IMG/VR virus record: IMGVR_UViG_3300045988_162176
Location: 32,001-96,000 of that record
Length of the DNA stretch: 64,000 bases
From: a virus
Direction: 5' to 3' (one strand)
Shown here: positions 54,204 to 62,004 of the stretch, in pieces
Numbering within the stretch: the first letter of the stretch is position 1
Layout of the letters: each line of letters starts with the position of its first letter
Made by a program: the position numbers and the translations under genes
Notes under the pieces: model-generated
Told to the model about the DNA's origin: nothing
Databases searched by the model: none
What the model saw: only the letters and a program-made list of their open reading frames with translations

Positions 54204-54324
54204 CTAGACTCTTTTGCGTATTATTCACCACAGAGCGCCCTCTGACGAGAATCGAACTCGCTAATGATTGTTTTGCAGACAATTGTGTTAACCTTTTTAA
54301 GAATTTGCTGTAAGAGTCTACTTT
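54204..54324 (-). ncRNA. E-element 9 with a closed-acceptor tRNA-like domain
   Basis: AAAG TAGACTC TTACAGCAA ... GCGAG TTCGATT CTCGT CAGAG GGCG CTCTG TGG... GAGTCTA G; ends 8 nt before tRNA-Glu. Confidence 0.6.
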
Positions 54325-54353
54325 ATTATTCAGGAGGTTTTACCTATGCACTT

Positions 54354-54382
54354 ATTATAACATATCATCTTTAAGATGTCAA
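54354..54382 (-). promoter_or_regulatory. promoter of the E9-tRNA-Glu-E8-tRNA-Lys-E7-tRNA-Tyr unit
   Basis: TTGACA-17-TATAAT. Confidence 0.65.
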
Positions 54383-54494
54383 CCACTTATTAAAATTTTC
54401 TTTTTGCTTTTTATCTTTTTGAGAAGTTTTTATTTTGCTCTTTTCTTAAGATGTATTTATCTTACCACACTTTTAGATTTCTGTCAAGACTTTA

Positions 54495-54887
54495 TTAGAA
54501 ATTTTCTTTTTCGAAATGATTAGCAAAAGCTATATAATTTTGACTTTTAATAAGCTCCTCAAAAACCTCTACAGGAGGCTCAACAAAGTTTCTAATAAGG
54601 TCTACTAATTCTATCATAGAATTAGCTTCGAGGGTAAAGATTAAACCATCATATGGAATACATCTATAAACCCATTTGCCTGACGTACTTTGATAACAAT
54701 CGGCATTAGTCCAAACTTGAGTAGCATCTAAAATACGAGATTCCCAAGGATATTTAATAATTTCAGAACCTCTTTTATACCAATAATTAAATTCTTTATC
54801 TTTTAAAATATCATTGGTTTCAAGCTCGCACTCGTCGCCATTACAAATAGAATAATGACCGACAATTTTAAATGAAGAAGTATCCAT
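54495..54887 (-). CDS. hypothetical protein
   Basis: 130-aa ORF. Confidence 0.7.
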   Translation of the reverse strand: MDTSSFKIVGHYSICNGDECELETNDILKDKEFNYWYKRGSEIIKYPWESRILDATQVWTNADCYQSTSGKWVYRCIPYDGLIFTLEANSMIELVDLIRNFVEPPVEVFEELIKSQNYIAFANHFEKENF

Positions 54888-55159
54888 TACTCAGTAACCT
54901 CAGCGTAAGTTAATTCCATAATATCAGGCTTAACGGGATAAAATTCACCCTTAATTCCCTTAACAATGTAATCTCCTACAGAAGCACAGTGATAACCTTC
55001 AAGAGTATAAATAATAAGATTCTTTTTAATTCCCTTCATTGTATGTTCAGTAGTAACACAACAATGAGCGCCAACGAAACTTGTAATTTCTTCTTCGTTA
55101 TCGCCAGTCCAGATAATTGCTTGAATAGCAATAGGTTTCTTAATATATGTCTTAATCAT
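54887..55159 (-). CDS. hypothetical small protein
   Basis: 90-aa ORF. Confidence 0.7.
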   Translation of the reverse strand: MIKTYIKKPIAIQAIIWTGDNEEEITSFVGAHCCVTTEHTMKGIKKNLIIYTLEGYHCASVGDYIVKGIKGEFYPVKPDIMELTYAEVTE

Positions 55160-55175
55160 ATCTCTTCACCTTGAC

Positions 55176-55472
55176 TCATCTATATTTATACTTAAGTTGA
55201 CAAGACTTCAACCAAATCCAAAACAAAAGAGAAGCGTCAATTCCATCTACTTCATTCATAATGCGATAATTATCAGAATCTTTTTCAGGATAGCCATAAA
55301 CTACTTGTGCATCATAGCACTAAACAAGATACTTACAATTTGTCTTAGATATAATAGCAAGCTCACTTATATAATTAAATTTATCAACTTTCTTTTCGTA
55401 ATAAGTCCCGAATTTATCTGAAGAGATAAGTTTATATCCATGTTTAGCAAACTGTTTGTCAATATAATCCAT
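55176..55472 (-). CDS. hypothetical small protein, TAG-recoded
   Basis: MDYIDKQFAKHGYKLISSDKFGTYYEKKVDKFNYISELAIISKTNCKYLV*CYDAQVVYGYPEK...; TAG at 55320-55322; 99 codons. Confidence 0.55.
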
Positions 55473-55835
55473 AAAAATACCCTTTTATTTTATTAAATAT
55501 ATAAGGAACAAAAACTGATAACTACTGACAGACCAGCTTTTCACTTATCTGTCCTCGGTTTGGCTGAGGAGGGGCTATTCCTTATAAGGGGCTTACACTC
55601 AACTATCTTGGTCATTTTCATTATCAGTTTTGCTCATTGCATAAGGGTTTAACGTACCCAGTTAAGCAAAGCAACGGTCTTTCTATTGTTACCAGTCCAT
55701 CAGACTTGGAGGGCGGTTCAGTGTCGAATACATTGTAACCAGCTAAACTGTATTCCAAGATAAGTTTCGTACTATATCTTACGGATTTCTTGTTTTTTTA
55801 AAAAGACATCAAGAAATATCTAACCATTCTGTCTT
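55473..55835 (-). ncRNA. structured non-coding region L4
   Basis: About 360 nt without an ORF between E13 and the CDS start at 55472; hairpins (GACAGA..TCTGTC, TCCTC..GAGGA, repeated AGCCCCT). Confidence 0.35.
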
Positions 55836-55936
55836 TTGGAGCGGCATCGAAGAATCGAACTCCAAACATAATAAAAGTATTGTCCATGGCTACTTTTATT
55901 ATTACACCAGTTGCCGCATATTTGCTGTCTCTCCAA
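55836..55936 (-). ncRNA. E-like element 13 enclosing a normal-order tRNA-like RNA with a 12-bp arm
   Basis: TTGGAG AG ACAGCAA ATAT GCGGCAA CTGGTG TAATAATAAAAGTA GCCATGGACAA TACTTTTATTATG TT TGGAG TTCGATT CTTCG ATGCCGC TCCAA. Confidence 0.4.
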
Positions 55937-56010
55937 GCTGTCACCGCTAATATGGTTGTAGGTTCTGGACGGTCTGAACTTAGGTGCGCCATACACACAT
56001 CCTAACATTA

Positions 56011-56123
56011 AGCGATACTCCATCTGTTAGGCGAACTTCCATCTTTATAAGACGGTATCGTAGTTACTGGACCTCATAATTGGATTCGAACCAACTTCCT
56101 CTCCCGATGTGGCTGTTATCGCT
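56011..56123 (-). ncRNA. E-element 12 (divergent) with a tRNA-like domain
   Basis: AGCGATA ACAGCC ... GTTGG TTCGAAT CCAAT TTATGAG ..21 nt.. CTTATAA ... TATCGCT. Confidence 0.45.
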
Positions 56124-56509
56124 AAGGAGCTACCTTAGTGTTTATTCAACATCAGTTATCGAGAATGCACCATTACACTAATGGGGATATAAATGTTATA
56201 GACCTTTTAACTATAACTCACAGGCTTTCCCTTATTCAAACAAGGTGGCGGGACGTGTGCTGTGTTTTTAAAAGAAAGTCCTTGTTATACTTTTTCTTTC
56301 AAGGATTTAGTGGTAAGAACTTTTCTTGACCATAGGCGTTCTCAAACCTACTCCTTTACCTATATGCTCAACATAAATTAGGTTAAGCATCTCAACCTTG
56401 AGGTCAACTGGGGTATCTTACAGCCGTTCGGTTTATTTTTAGTTTGAGTAAACCTTCCTCAAACACTCCTTCATCCACTTTTTTACAAGGATACGGAATC
56501 CACGAGTTT
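56124..56509 (-). ncRNA. structured non-coding region L3
   Basis: About 385 nt without an ORF between tRNA-Ser(GCT) and E12; dense hairpins (GTTTGAG..CTCAAAC, ATGCTTAAC..GTTGAGCAT, GTTATAG..CTATAAC). Confidence 0.4.
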
Positions 56510-56597
56510 TGGCGCAGATAACAGGATTCGAACCTGTATTACCTTACGGTAAGCGGCTGTAGCAGAGCCGTGAGATAGCCAATTACTCCATATCTGC
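56510..56597 (-). tRNA. tRNA-Ser(GCT)
   Basis: 88 nt, long variable arm CTTACCGTAAGG, loop CTGCTAC. Confidence 0.85.
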
Positions 56598-56609
56598 ATA
56601 ATGAGCAAT

Positions 56610-56737
56610 CTTGACACTTTTTTCTAGCCAACCACGGTTAACCATTCCTTGCTCAAGGGATACGTTAATAAGGAGTCGAACCTTACACGACGTTATTCCA
56701 AAAACATAAAATAAATTTGCTGTGAGTGTCAACTTTT
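56610..56737 (-). ncRNA. E-element 10 with a tRNA-like domain
   Basis: AAAAG TTGACAC TCACAGCAA ... TAAGG TTCGACT CCTTA TTAAC..CCTT GAGC AAGG..GTTAA ... GTGTCAA G; ends 12 nt before tRNA-Ser(GCT). Confidence 0.55.
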
Positions 56738-56755
56738 GTTTAAATTTAAGTCTGA

Positions 56756-56833
56756 TGGTGGGAATAACAGGACTCGAACCTGTAAGCCTCCGCCGTGTAA
56801 AGGCGGCATTCTAACCAGTTGAACTATACTCCC
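56756..56833 (-). tRNA. tRNA-Val(TAC)
   Basis: 78 nt, loop TTTACAC. Confidence 0.85.
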
Positions 56834-56972
56834 ATATAATATTGGTTTTTACGTTAAATACCAGAGGACTTTCGTATTTTACCAACAAACCTCACGTTAC
56901 TTGACTTATTTATAGACGTTGAGTAATTACGTCTCAACAATACATTTATTAAGATAAGAAAGGAAAATTATC

Positions 56973-57419
56973 TTAGCCTACTGCTTCTTCAGTTACAGTA
57001 TCTTCATCAGGGATAACATTACCAGTGTTATCAATCTTGTCATTCGAAGGAACAGGATTGGTGTTTTGAAGCTGGCTCTCCTTCAATTTTTCATCATGAA
57101 GTTCACGATTCACCTCATAAACAGCGGCTTCAATAGCCTTACGAACTTCATCTGCATCAAGAGTGATACCAAGAGCTTCCATCTGCTGATTAAAATACTT
57201 TGTTGCTTCCTGCAAGCGCTTTTCAATTTCCCGTGGGAACATCTGCTCAACAGCCTTAACTGCAATCAAAGCATACTTATGAATAAGTTCTGCTTGAGTA
57301 AGAGCATGATTAACATCGTCCAACTTACCCTTCTTCTTAAGATAAGGAATAAGGACAACTGTAAAAATCAAAGAGCACAAACCAATTACAGCAACTACGA
57401 TAGGGGTAATATCAGTCAT
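56973..57419 (-). CDS. membrane-anchored protein
   Basis: 148 aa; N-terminal TM helix; downstream of promoter 57447-57475. Confidence 0.75.
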   Translation of the reverse strand: MTDITPIVVAVIGLCSLIFTVVLIPYLKKKGKLDDVNHALTQAELIHKYALIAVKAVEQMFPREIEKRLQEATKYFNQQMEALGITLDADEVRKAIEAAVYEVNRELHDEKLKESQLQNTNPVPSNDKIDNTGNVIPDEDTVTEEAVG

Positions 57420-57446
57420 TTTTCGTACTTCCTTTTTACATTTTGA

Positions 57447-57475
57447 ATTATAGCATCTAACAAACGCTTTGTCAA
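57447..57475 (-). promoter_or_regulatory. sigma-70-type promoter
   Basis: TTGACA-17-TATAAT. Confidence 0.65.
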
Positions 57476-57497
57476 GTGTTTATTAAATAAAATTTGA

Positions 57498-57631
57498 TGG
57501 AGCAAGATACGAGATTCGAACTCGCCCTTACGGTTTTGGTCCTTTAAGTAAGACTTGAACTTACATCAATGGTTTTTCATTAAACTATTAAAGGGGAAGA
57601 CCGTCGTGCTAACCACTAACACTAATCCTGC
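57498..57631 (-). tRNA. tRNA-Gly(TCC)-like interrupted by a 58-nt insertion in the anticodon loop
   Basis: GCAGGAT TA GTGT TAGTGGTTA GCAC G ACGGT CTTCC[58 nt]AA ACCGT AAGG GCGAG TTCGAAT CTCGT ATCTTGC T CCA. Confidence 0.7.
57537..57594 (-). ncRNA. tRNA-shaped insertion (I-type element I2) inside the tRNA-Gly anticodon loop
   Basis: CCTTTAA TA GTTT AATGA AAAC CATTGAT GTAAG TTCAAGT CTTAC TTAAAGG ACCA; homologous to I1 with a covarying 7-bp helix. Confidence 0.6.
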
Positions 57632-57781
57632 ATATATGATGCCACTCACGCATGAATGGCATCAAACCCCACGCTCCGTAGAGACCTCATGCTAGCCTGA
57701 TAGGTTTCCTACTAAGATACCAGTAAAGTAATGAGCTTAACCAGACAAACGTAGACTTAACCAGTGGAGTATCTAGCTTAA
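57632..57781 (-). ncRNA. structured leader upstream of the interrupted tRNA-Gly
   Basis: 150 nt without an ORF; hairpin GATGCCA..TGGCATC; repeated CTGGTTAAG. Confidence 0.3.
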
Positions 57782-58252
57782 TTAATATTCAAGAACATCC
57801 CATTCACAATAATAAATATTATGACTCATAAGATAAGAATTAAGAATGTCTTCTTCAGATTGATTTCTAAGTTTCTCAATTTTTTGTTCTAAGTCCTTGA
57901 TATAAAAACTTTTTCTTTCAATCTCTTTTGTATATTTGCGCAACTTTGCCTTTACATCTTTAAGTAAAACATAAAGACGCTTTTGCTGGTCATCAGAAAG
58001 AGTTGCTAACGAATCCAAAGATTCCATTAAATCATTCTTTCTCTGACAATATTCTTTATGCTGTTCAATATAAGGTTGTCGTTCTTTTTTAGCAATTTCT
58101 ACCTTGTCTGTAAGATATTTAATATCTTCACAAAGTTTAACACTTGCTTCAAGAAAATAACTCTGCTTATCTTTAAGCATAGCTTCTTCAGTCATCACTG
58201 CATCGACAGAAGATTCTTCATACCAACCTGTATACTTAAGCCAAACTTTCAT
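57782..58252 (-). CDS. hypothetical coiled-coil protein
   Basis: 156-aa ORF. Confidence 0.7.
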   Translation of the reverse strand: MKVWLKYTGWYEESSVDAVMTEEAMLKDKQSYFLEASVKLCEDIKYLTDKVEIAKKERQPYIEQHKEYCQRKNDLMESLDSLATLSDDQQKRLYVLLKDVKAKLRKYTKEIERKSFYIKDLEQKIEKLRNQSEEDILNSYLMSHNIYYCEWDVLEY

Positions 58253-58254
58253 AA

Positions 58255-58728
58255 TTACTTTTTCACCGAAGTCACGCCATTAAAATCATACAAACGTACA
58301 ATATGGCTTAGTCCTAAAGTGTCAGAAATATCAGCACTAATGATAGACCAATCTCCACCAGCAAGACCACACCCAATCATATAAGGCATAGCAATCTCTT
58401 CTCCAATAGGAATCATTTCACGAATCTTAAGAAGACATTCATGAAAATATTCATAGTTGGTGTTTACATTTGGTCCACCAATGCCAATCTGAGAAAACAT
58501 ATTAAGAAAAACTTTATCTTTGTTTTCCTCAATTCGAAGAACTTTACCATAAAGCTCTTCAGGAGTATGATAACTACAAAACTTATTATACTCCAAATAA
58601 ACATGAGGATAATTCTTCTTAATTTGAAGAGCAACACCAGCGCCCATTACACCAAAGGTATTAGCCTGATGACAAATATACTTTGCCGAAGTCTTAAGGA
58701 CATCGCCTTGAATAATAGACACTGACAT
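58255..58728 (-). CDS. macro-domain protein (ADP-ribose binding/hydrolase fold)
   Basis: 157 aa; IIQGDVL...YICHQANTFGVMGAGVALQIKKNYP...IGCGLAGGDW. Confidence 0.75.
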   Translation of the reverse strand: MSVSIIQGDVLKTSAKYICHQANTFGVMGAGVALQIKKNYPHVYLEYNKFCSYHTPEELYGKVLRIEENKDKVFLNMFSQIGIGGPNVNTNYEYFHECLLKIREMIPIGEEIAMPYMIGCGLAGGDWSIISADISDTLGLSHIVRLYDFNGVTSVKK

Positions 58729-58739
58729 AACCTTCTCCT

Positions 58740-59027
58740 TTATTCTTTATCTGTTTCTTGCAAATTTTCTTGCAACTTCTTATAATACATATGATAAGAA
58801 TCAAAGTATTTAAGAAGAAATTCTTTATAAACTTTAGCGACATAATTAGCAGAACCCACAGGAAAATCAAGACCCAAATCTTCTGCAATAATATCTACAG
58901 CTTTTCTCAAAGGCTCAGGAGGGATATTATTCAGTTTAAACTTTTTAGTTTCTGAATCATTATCACACCAAGCTTTGCCATTTACAACCGTTAAAAACCT
59001 AATTGAAGGATTCTTAGAGAGTTCCAA
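58740..59027 (-). CDS. hypothetical protein (TTG start)
   Basis: The longer ORF to 59060 overlaps a promoter-like site at about 59051-59079; TTG preceded by GAGGAA. Confidence 0.5.
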   Translation of the reverse strand: MELSKNPSIRFLTVVNGKAWCDNDSETKKFKLNNIPPEPLRKAVDIIAEDLGLDFPVGSANYVAKVYKEFLLKYFDSYHMYYKKLQENLQETDKE

Positions 59028-59109
59028 CTTGTGTTCCTCACTTCTCTTATAGGGTAACACAGATGTTTAAATCTGTCAAGTATTTAATAAAAGAAATTTT
59101 TTATTTCTC

Positions 59110-59346
59110 CTACTTTTTATTATCATCAAATTTGCCAGAATGGATAGCTTTTCTACTGACAAACTTTGCCGCAGAAAATATAAATACAAACAAGGGAAAG
59201 AAAAATACACCTAAAGATTCAAATGACTCAGAAAAATCCCAATAGTCTTCATCTTCTTCTGCAATGCACTTCATTACACGAGCAAAGAAAATCCACAGAA
59301 TATGATTAAGAATTATAAGAATTGTAATAATCAACCACTTAGGCAT
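59110..59346 (-). CDS. small membrane protein
   Basis: 78 aa, two hydrophobic helices. Confidence 0.65.
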   Translation of the reverse strand: MPKWLIITILIILNHILWIFFARVMKCIAEEDEDYWDFSESFESLGVFFFPLFVFIFSAAKFVSRKAIHSGKFDDNKK

Positions 59347-59359
59347 ATTAATTCCTTTC

Positions 59360-59435
59360 TGGCACGCCTACCGAGACTCGAACTCAGAACTAATCTTTAG
59401 GAGAGATTTGTTTTATCCAGTTAGACTATAGACGT
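59360..59435 (-). tRNA. tRNA-Arg(CCT)
   Basis: 76 nt, loop CTCCTAA. Confidence 0.85.
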
Positions 59436-59440
59436 ATACC

Positions 59441-59875
59441 TTATTTTTTCTTTTTGGGTACAGCTTCAGCTACAAAAAGAACAGGATTCTCATTTTCATC
59501 ATATGTAACTATGGCTTCCATTTCAGCCTTTACATTAAAAGAAGCTGTTTTTAAATATCTACCACAAAAACTTCCATGAAGATTAGAAAGATTCTCATAG
59601 TTATAATCCAAATTGTTTTGAACACTAATCCCCATTGTTGCTAATGTGATAAATACATCATATTTTTCTTTAGGTTTTTCTATAAAACCAGTATACCCAT
59701 CACATTTATACCTAACATAAATAGGCAAATTATCTTTCATATTTAAGTCAACAAAACTTAAATCATAAAATTTTGTGTGGCAATATGGACATTCATAATT
59801 AGAATTAGCTGAATACTTTTGATGACAACAAGGACAAGTAACCTAATTACGATATCTAAAACTCTTCTTAGACAT
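59441..59875 (-). CDS. zinc-ribbon protein, TAG-recoded
   Basis: MSKKSFRYRN*VTCPCCHQKYSANSNYECPYCHTKFYDLSFVDLNMKDNLPIYV...; 145 codons in frame with ORF 59441..59740. Confidence 0.6.
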
Positions 59876-59883
59876 AATTTACC

Positions 59884-60246
59884 TCATACTGTAAAACAAG
59901 ACACGGGAATTTTTGTAGAATTCTTTTCTTCCATAACATAAAAAGAAACATTTGAAAGCTTAATATTATTCCACTCTTCTTTAGTTTTAGAAGAATACTT
60001 GGGCCAAAAAAGCCCTTCAAATGTTACAAAATTGTTTTCAGGGTCAACATAAAGAGTCCTTACAAACCCAACAACCCTATCTGCAACAGTTTTCTCTTCA
60101 TAAACTACTTCTTCACAAATAGGAGTCCTAAAGCAATCTTTAAGACCTTCCCACATTGCATCTGTAAGCCAATCCCCCAACTCATCTCTCTTTAGAGTAA
60201 ACTCTTGAGTTAGAAACTTTTCATCAGGAGAGTAATTTTCAGCCAT
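59884..60246 (-). CDS. hypothetical protein
   Basis: 120-aa ORF. Confidence 0.7.
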   Translation of the reverse strand: MAENYSPDEKFLTQEFTLKRDELGDWLTDAMWEGLKDCFRTPICEEVVYEEKTVADRVVGFVRTLYVDPENNFVTFEGLFWPKYSSKTKEEWNNIKLSNVSFYVMEEKNSTKIPVSCFTV

Positions 60247-60550
60247 TGTTCATTTCCTCAAAAGGAGTAGTATCCTTAGTGGGAGTACCAATAACACTGA
60301 GAACAGGAGTAAGATTGCCTTCAACATCAGAACAATAATAAAGCCAACCATTCATATCAGAAACGATATGATAAACACGATTCTGCTCATTCTTCACCAT
60401 GTAGCCAGTATCAGTAAAACCAACAGGAACACTATCCACATCAGCCCCGATACTATTCTTGCTATTGTTACAACCAGACAGTGCCAAAATTGCAACAAAA
60501 GCCACAATAACAAGAAGACCAGCAACAAACTTATTCCAACTCTTCTGCAT
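60239..60550 (-). CDS. putative lipoprotein
   Basis: 103 aa; signal peptide ending in the lipobox LALSGC. Confidence 0.7.
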   Translation of the reverse strand: MQKSWNKFVAGLLVIVAFVAILALSGCNNSKNSIGADVDSVPVGFTDTGYMVKNEQNRVYHIVSDMNGWLYYCSDVEGNLTPVLSVIGTPTKDTTPFEEMNNG

Positions 60551-60586
60551 AATTAATTCCTCACTTTTAAATAGATTTTTATTCTT

Positions 60587-60662
60587 TGGTCTGAGTGGCG
60601 AGGCTCAAACTCACGACCTCATGGTCCCAAACCACGCGCTCTATCAACTGAGCTACACCCAG
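60587..60662 (-). tRNA. tRNA-Pro(TGG)
   Basis: 76 nt, loop TTTGGGA. Confidence 0.85.
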
Positions 60663-60796
60663 AAATGTGTGGGCGAGTTATAAATCAATTCATAGTACAG
60701 GTACTACTATTTTCTAACTTCCCTCGCCTCAAGTTTGTTCAAACAATCTATTTTCTAAAAAATTAAAAAATTTTTTGTTTGCTAATAATATAAAAA

Positions 60797-61546
60797 TTAT
60801 CTTTTGATTTTGTTTACAATTTCATTTAGGAATTTTGCTGGGGAAGAATTTTCTTCAAGATAATTGCTTCCATTAATAAAACTATCAAAAGACTCGTCAA
60901 AAGCTACTTCTATCGACTTTTTTTTATTGTCAATTAAATCATCAAATTTTTGATATGCCAAACCAAAATTATATCCCCAATTATAAGACCTTATGCGATT
61001 ATTGTTTAAACTCGTTGATGCTAAAGCTCCAAATTCACAAGCTAATCCAAAAAGCACGGCAGTTTTCCTACTATTTACTTCTGCTATATCAAAAGTCTTA
61101 AAAGTTTCTAGATACTGACCAGAAGCCATTAATTGAATAGTATTAGAAAGTGTTTGTACAGCCTCAATTTTATTGCCTAAAGGAAGATAACATTCAGTTA
61201 AATTTTTAAAAGCGGCAGCAATTAAACCCCCTCCAGCCAAAATTGCCGCAGCCTCACCAAATTTTTTGTGAGTTGTTTCTCTATCACGACGATAATTATC
61301 ATTATCCATACAAGGTAAATCATCATAAATCAAGCTCATATTGTGAATATATTCTATAGCCATTGCATAAGAAATTGCATCCTGTGCATTTCCTCCATAA
61401 AATTCACACCATGCAAGCGTCATATATGGTCTAAGACGTTTACCTTCTTGTAACGCATAATTCTCTACAGGCCCAAGATAATCTTCAAATTTATTTTCTT
61501 GTAAATAGTCTTCAATTATTTTCTCGTATTTTTTTTGCAAATCCAT
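60797..61546 (-). CDS. polyprenyl (farnesyl/geranylgeranyl) diphosphate synthase
   Basis: Start at MDLQKKYEK; first Asp-rich motif LIYDDLPCMDNDNYRR, second FDDLID, KRLRP near the N-terminus. Confidence 0.85.
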   Translation of the reverse strand: MDLQKKYEKIIEDYLQENKFEDYLGPVENYALQEGKRLRPYMTLAWCEFYGGNAQDAISYAMAIEYIHNMSLIYDDLPCMDNDNYRRDRETTHKKFGEAAAILAGGGLIAAAFKNLTECYLPLGNKIEAVQTLSNTIQLMASGQYLETFKTFDIAEVNSRKTAVLFGLACEFGALASTSLNNNRIRSYNWGYNFGLAYQKFDDLIDNKKKSIEVAFDESFDSFINGSNYLEENSSPAKFLNEIVNKIKR

Positions 61547-61601
61547 GTTATTTTCTCTCAATTCAATTTGTTTAATTCAAAGTCTATTTTGTAAAAATGA
61601 A

Positions 61602-61689
61602 TGGTACTGGTGAAGGGAATCGAACCCTCACGATATAAATATCAACAGATTTTAAGTCTGCACTGTCTACCAGTTCCAGCACACCAGCA
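61602..61689 (-). tRNA. tRNA-Leu(TAA)
   Basis: 88 nt, long variable arm, loop CTTAAAA; own promoter 61717-61745. Confidence 0.85.
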
Positions 61690-61716
61690 TATTTTCTTTT
61701 CCCTTTCGATATGATA

Positions 61717-61745
61717 ATCATAACATACAATCATCAAATTGTCAA
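61717..61745 (-). promoter_or_regulatory. promoter of tRNA-Leu(TAA)
   Basis: TTGACA-17-TATGAT. Confidence 0.6.
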
Positions 61746-61749
61746 GGCT

Positions 61750-61958
61750 TTAATAAAACTTTCTTTTTATTTTCTTTAGAGTGTTTATCTTAGATGTGTA
61801 CCCAAAACCGTTAAAATGGTACACTCGCTACCTTTTAATTTTATAGTTGGGAAGGTGTCTTTTGGCAACATATTACGCACCCTGAGTAAGCAAGGCCGTT
61901 GAACCACATTTCTCTATGAGTTATCTTACTTTTCTCACAGCTACCGATTAACCAACTG
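61750..61958 (-). ncRNA. about 200-nt promoter-driven non-coding RNA (N2)
   Basis: Promoter 61966-61994; no ORF; closing helix AGTTGG..CCAACT and hairpin GTGTACC..GGTACAC; ends at the next promoter. Confidence 0.45.
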
Positions 61959-61965
61959 TATATTT

Positions 61966-61994
61966 ATATTACCACACAAACACTATTTTGTCAA
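61966..61994 (-). promoter_or_regulatory. promoter of ncRNA N2
   Basis: TTGACA-17-TAATAT. Confidence 0.6.
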
Positions 61995-62004
61995 TAGTTT
62001 AATA

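Noticed and set aside
55770-56070. Group I intron: AAGATATAGTAC resembles the S element, and CCAGTAACTACG could form a P7 with a bulged A
   Set aside because: No flanking exons could be found (no tRNA or protein halves). The supposed R element overlaps the loop of the E12 acceptor-like hairpin, and the intervening sequence is better explained by E12 and E13. Probably a chance resemblance, but it deserves a covariance-model scan.
49861-56737. The E-element 5' motif (GTAGACNC) as a degenerate -35 box or phage-polymerase promoter
   Set aside because: TAGACA resembles TTGACA, but there is no consistent -10 at 17 nt. The box also covaries with a distal complementary segment, which a promoter would not do.
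49600-61700. A CRISPR array as the explanation for the regularly repeated about 20-nt motif in the RNA island
   Set aside because: The repeats are not evenly spaced, the spacers are tRNAs or tRNA-like RNAs of 65-140 nt, each repeat pairs with a unique downstream complement, and there are no cas genes apart from the unrelated tnpB.
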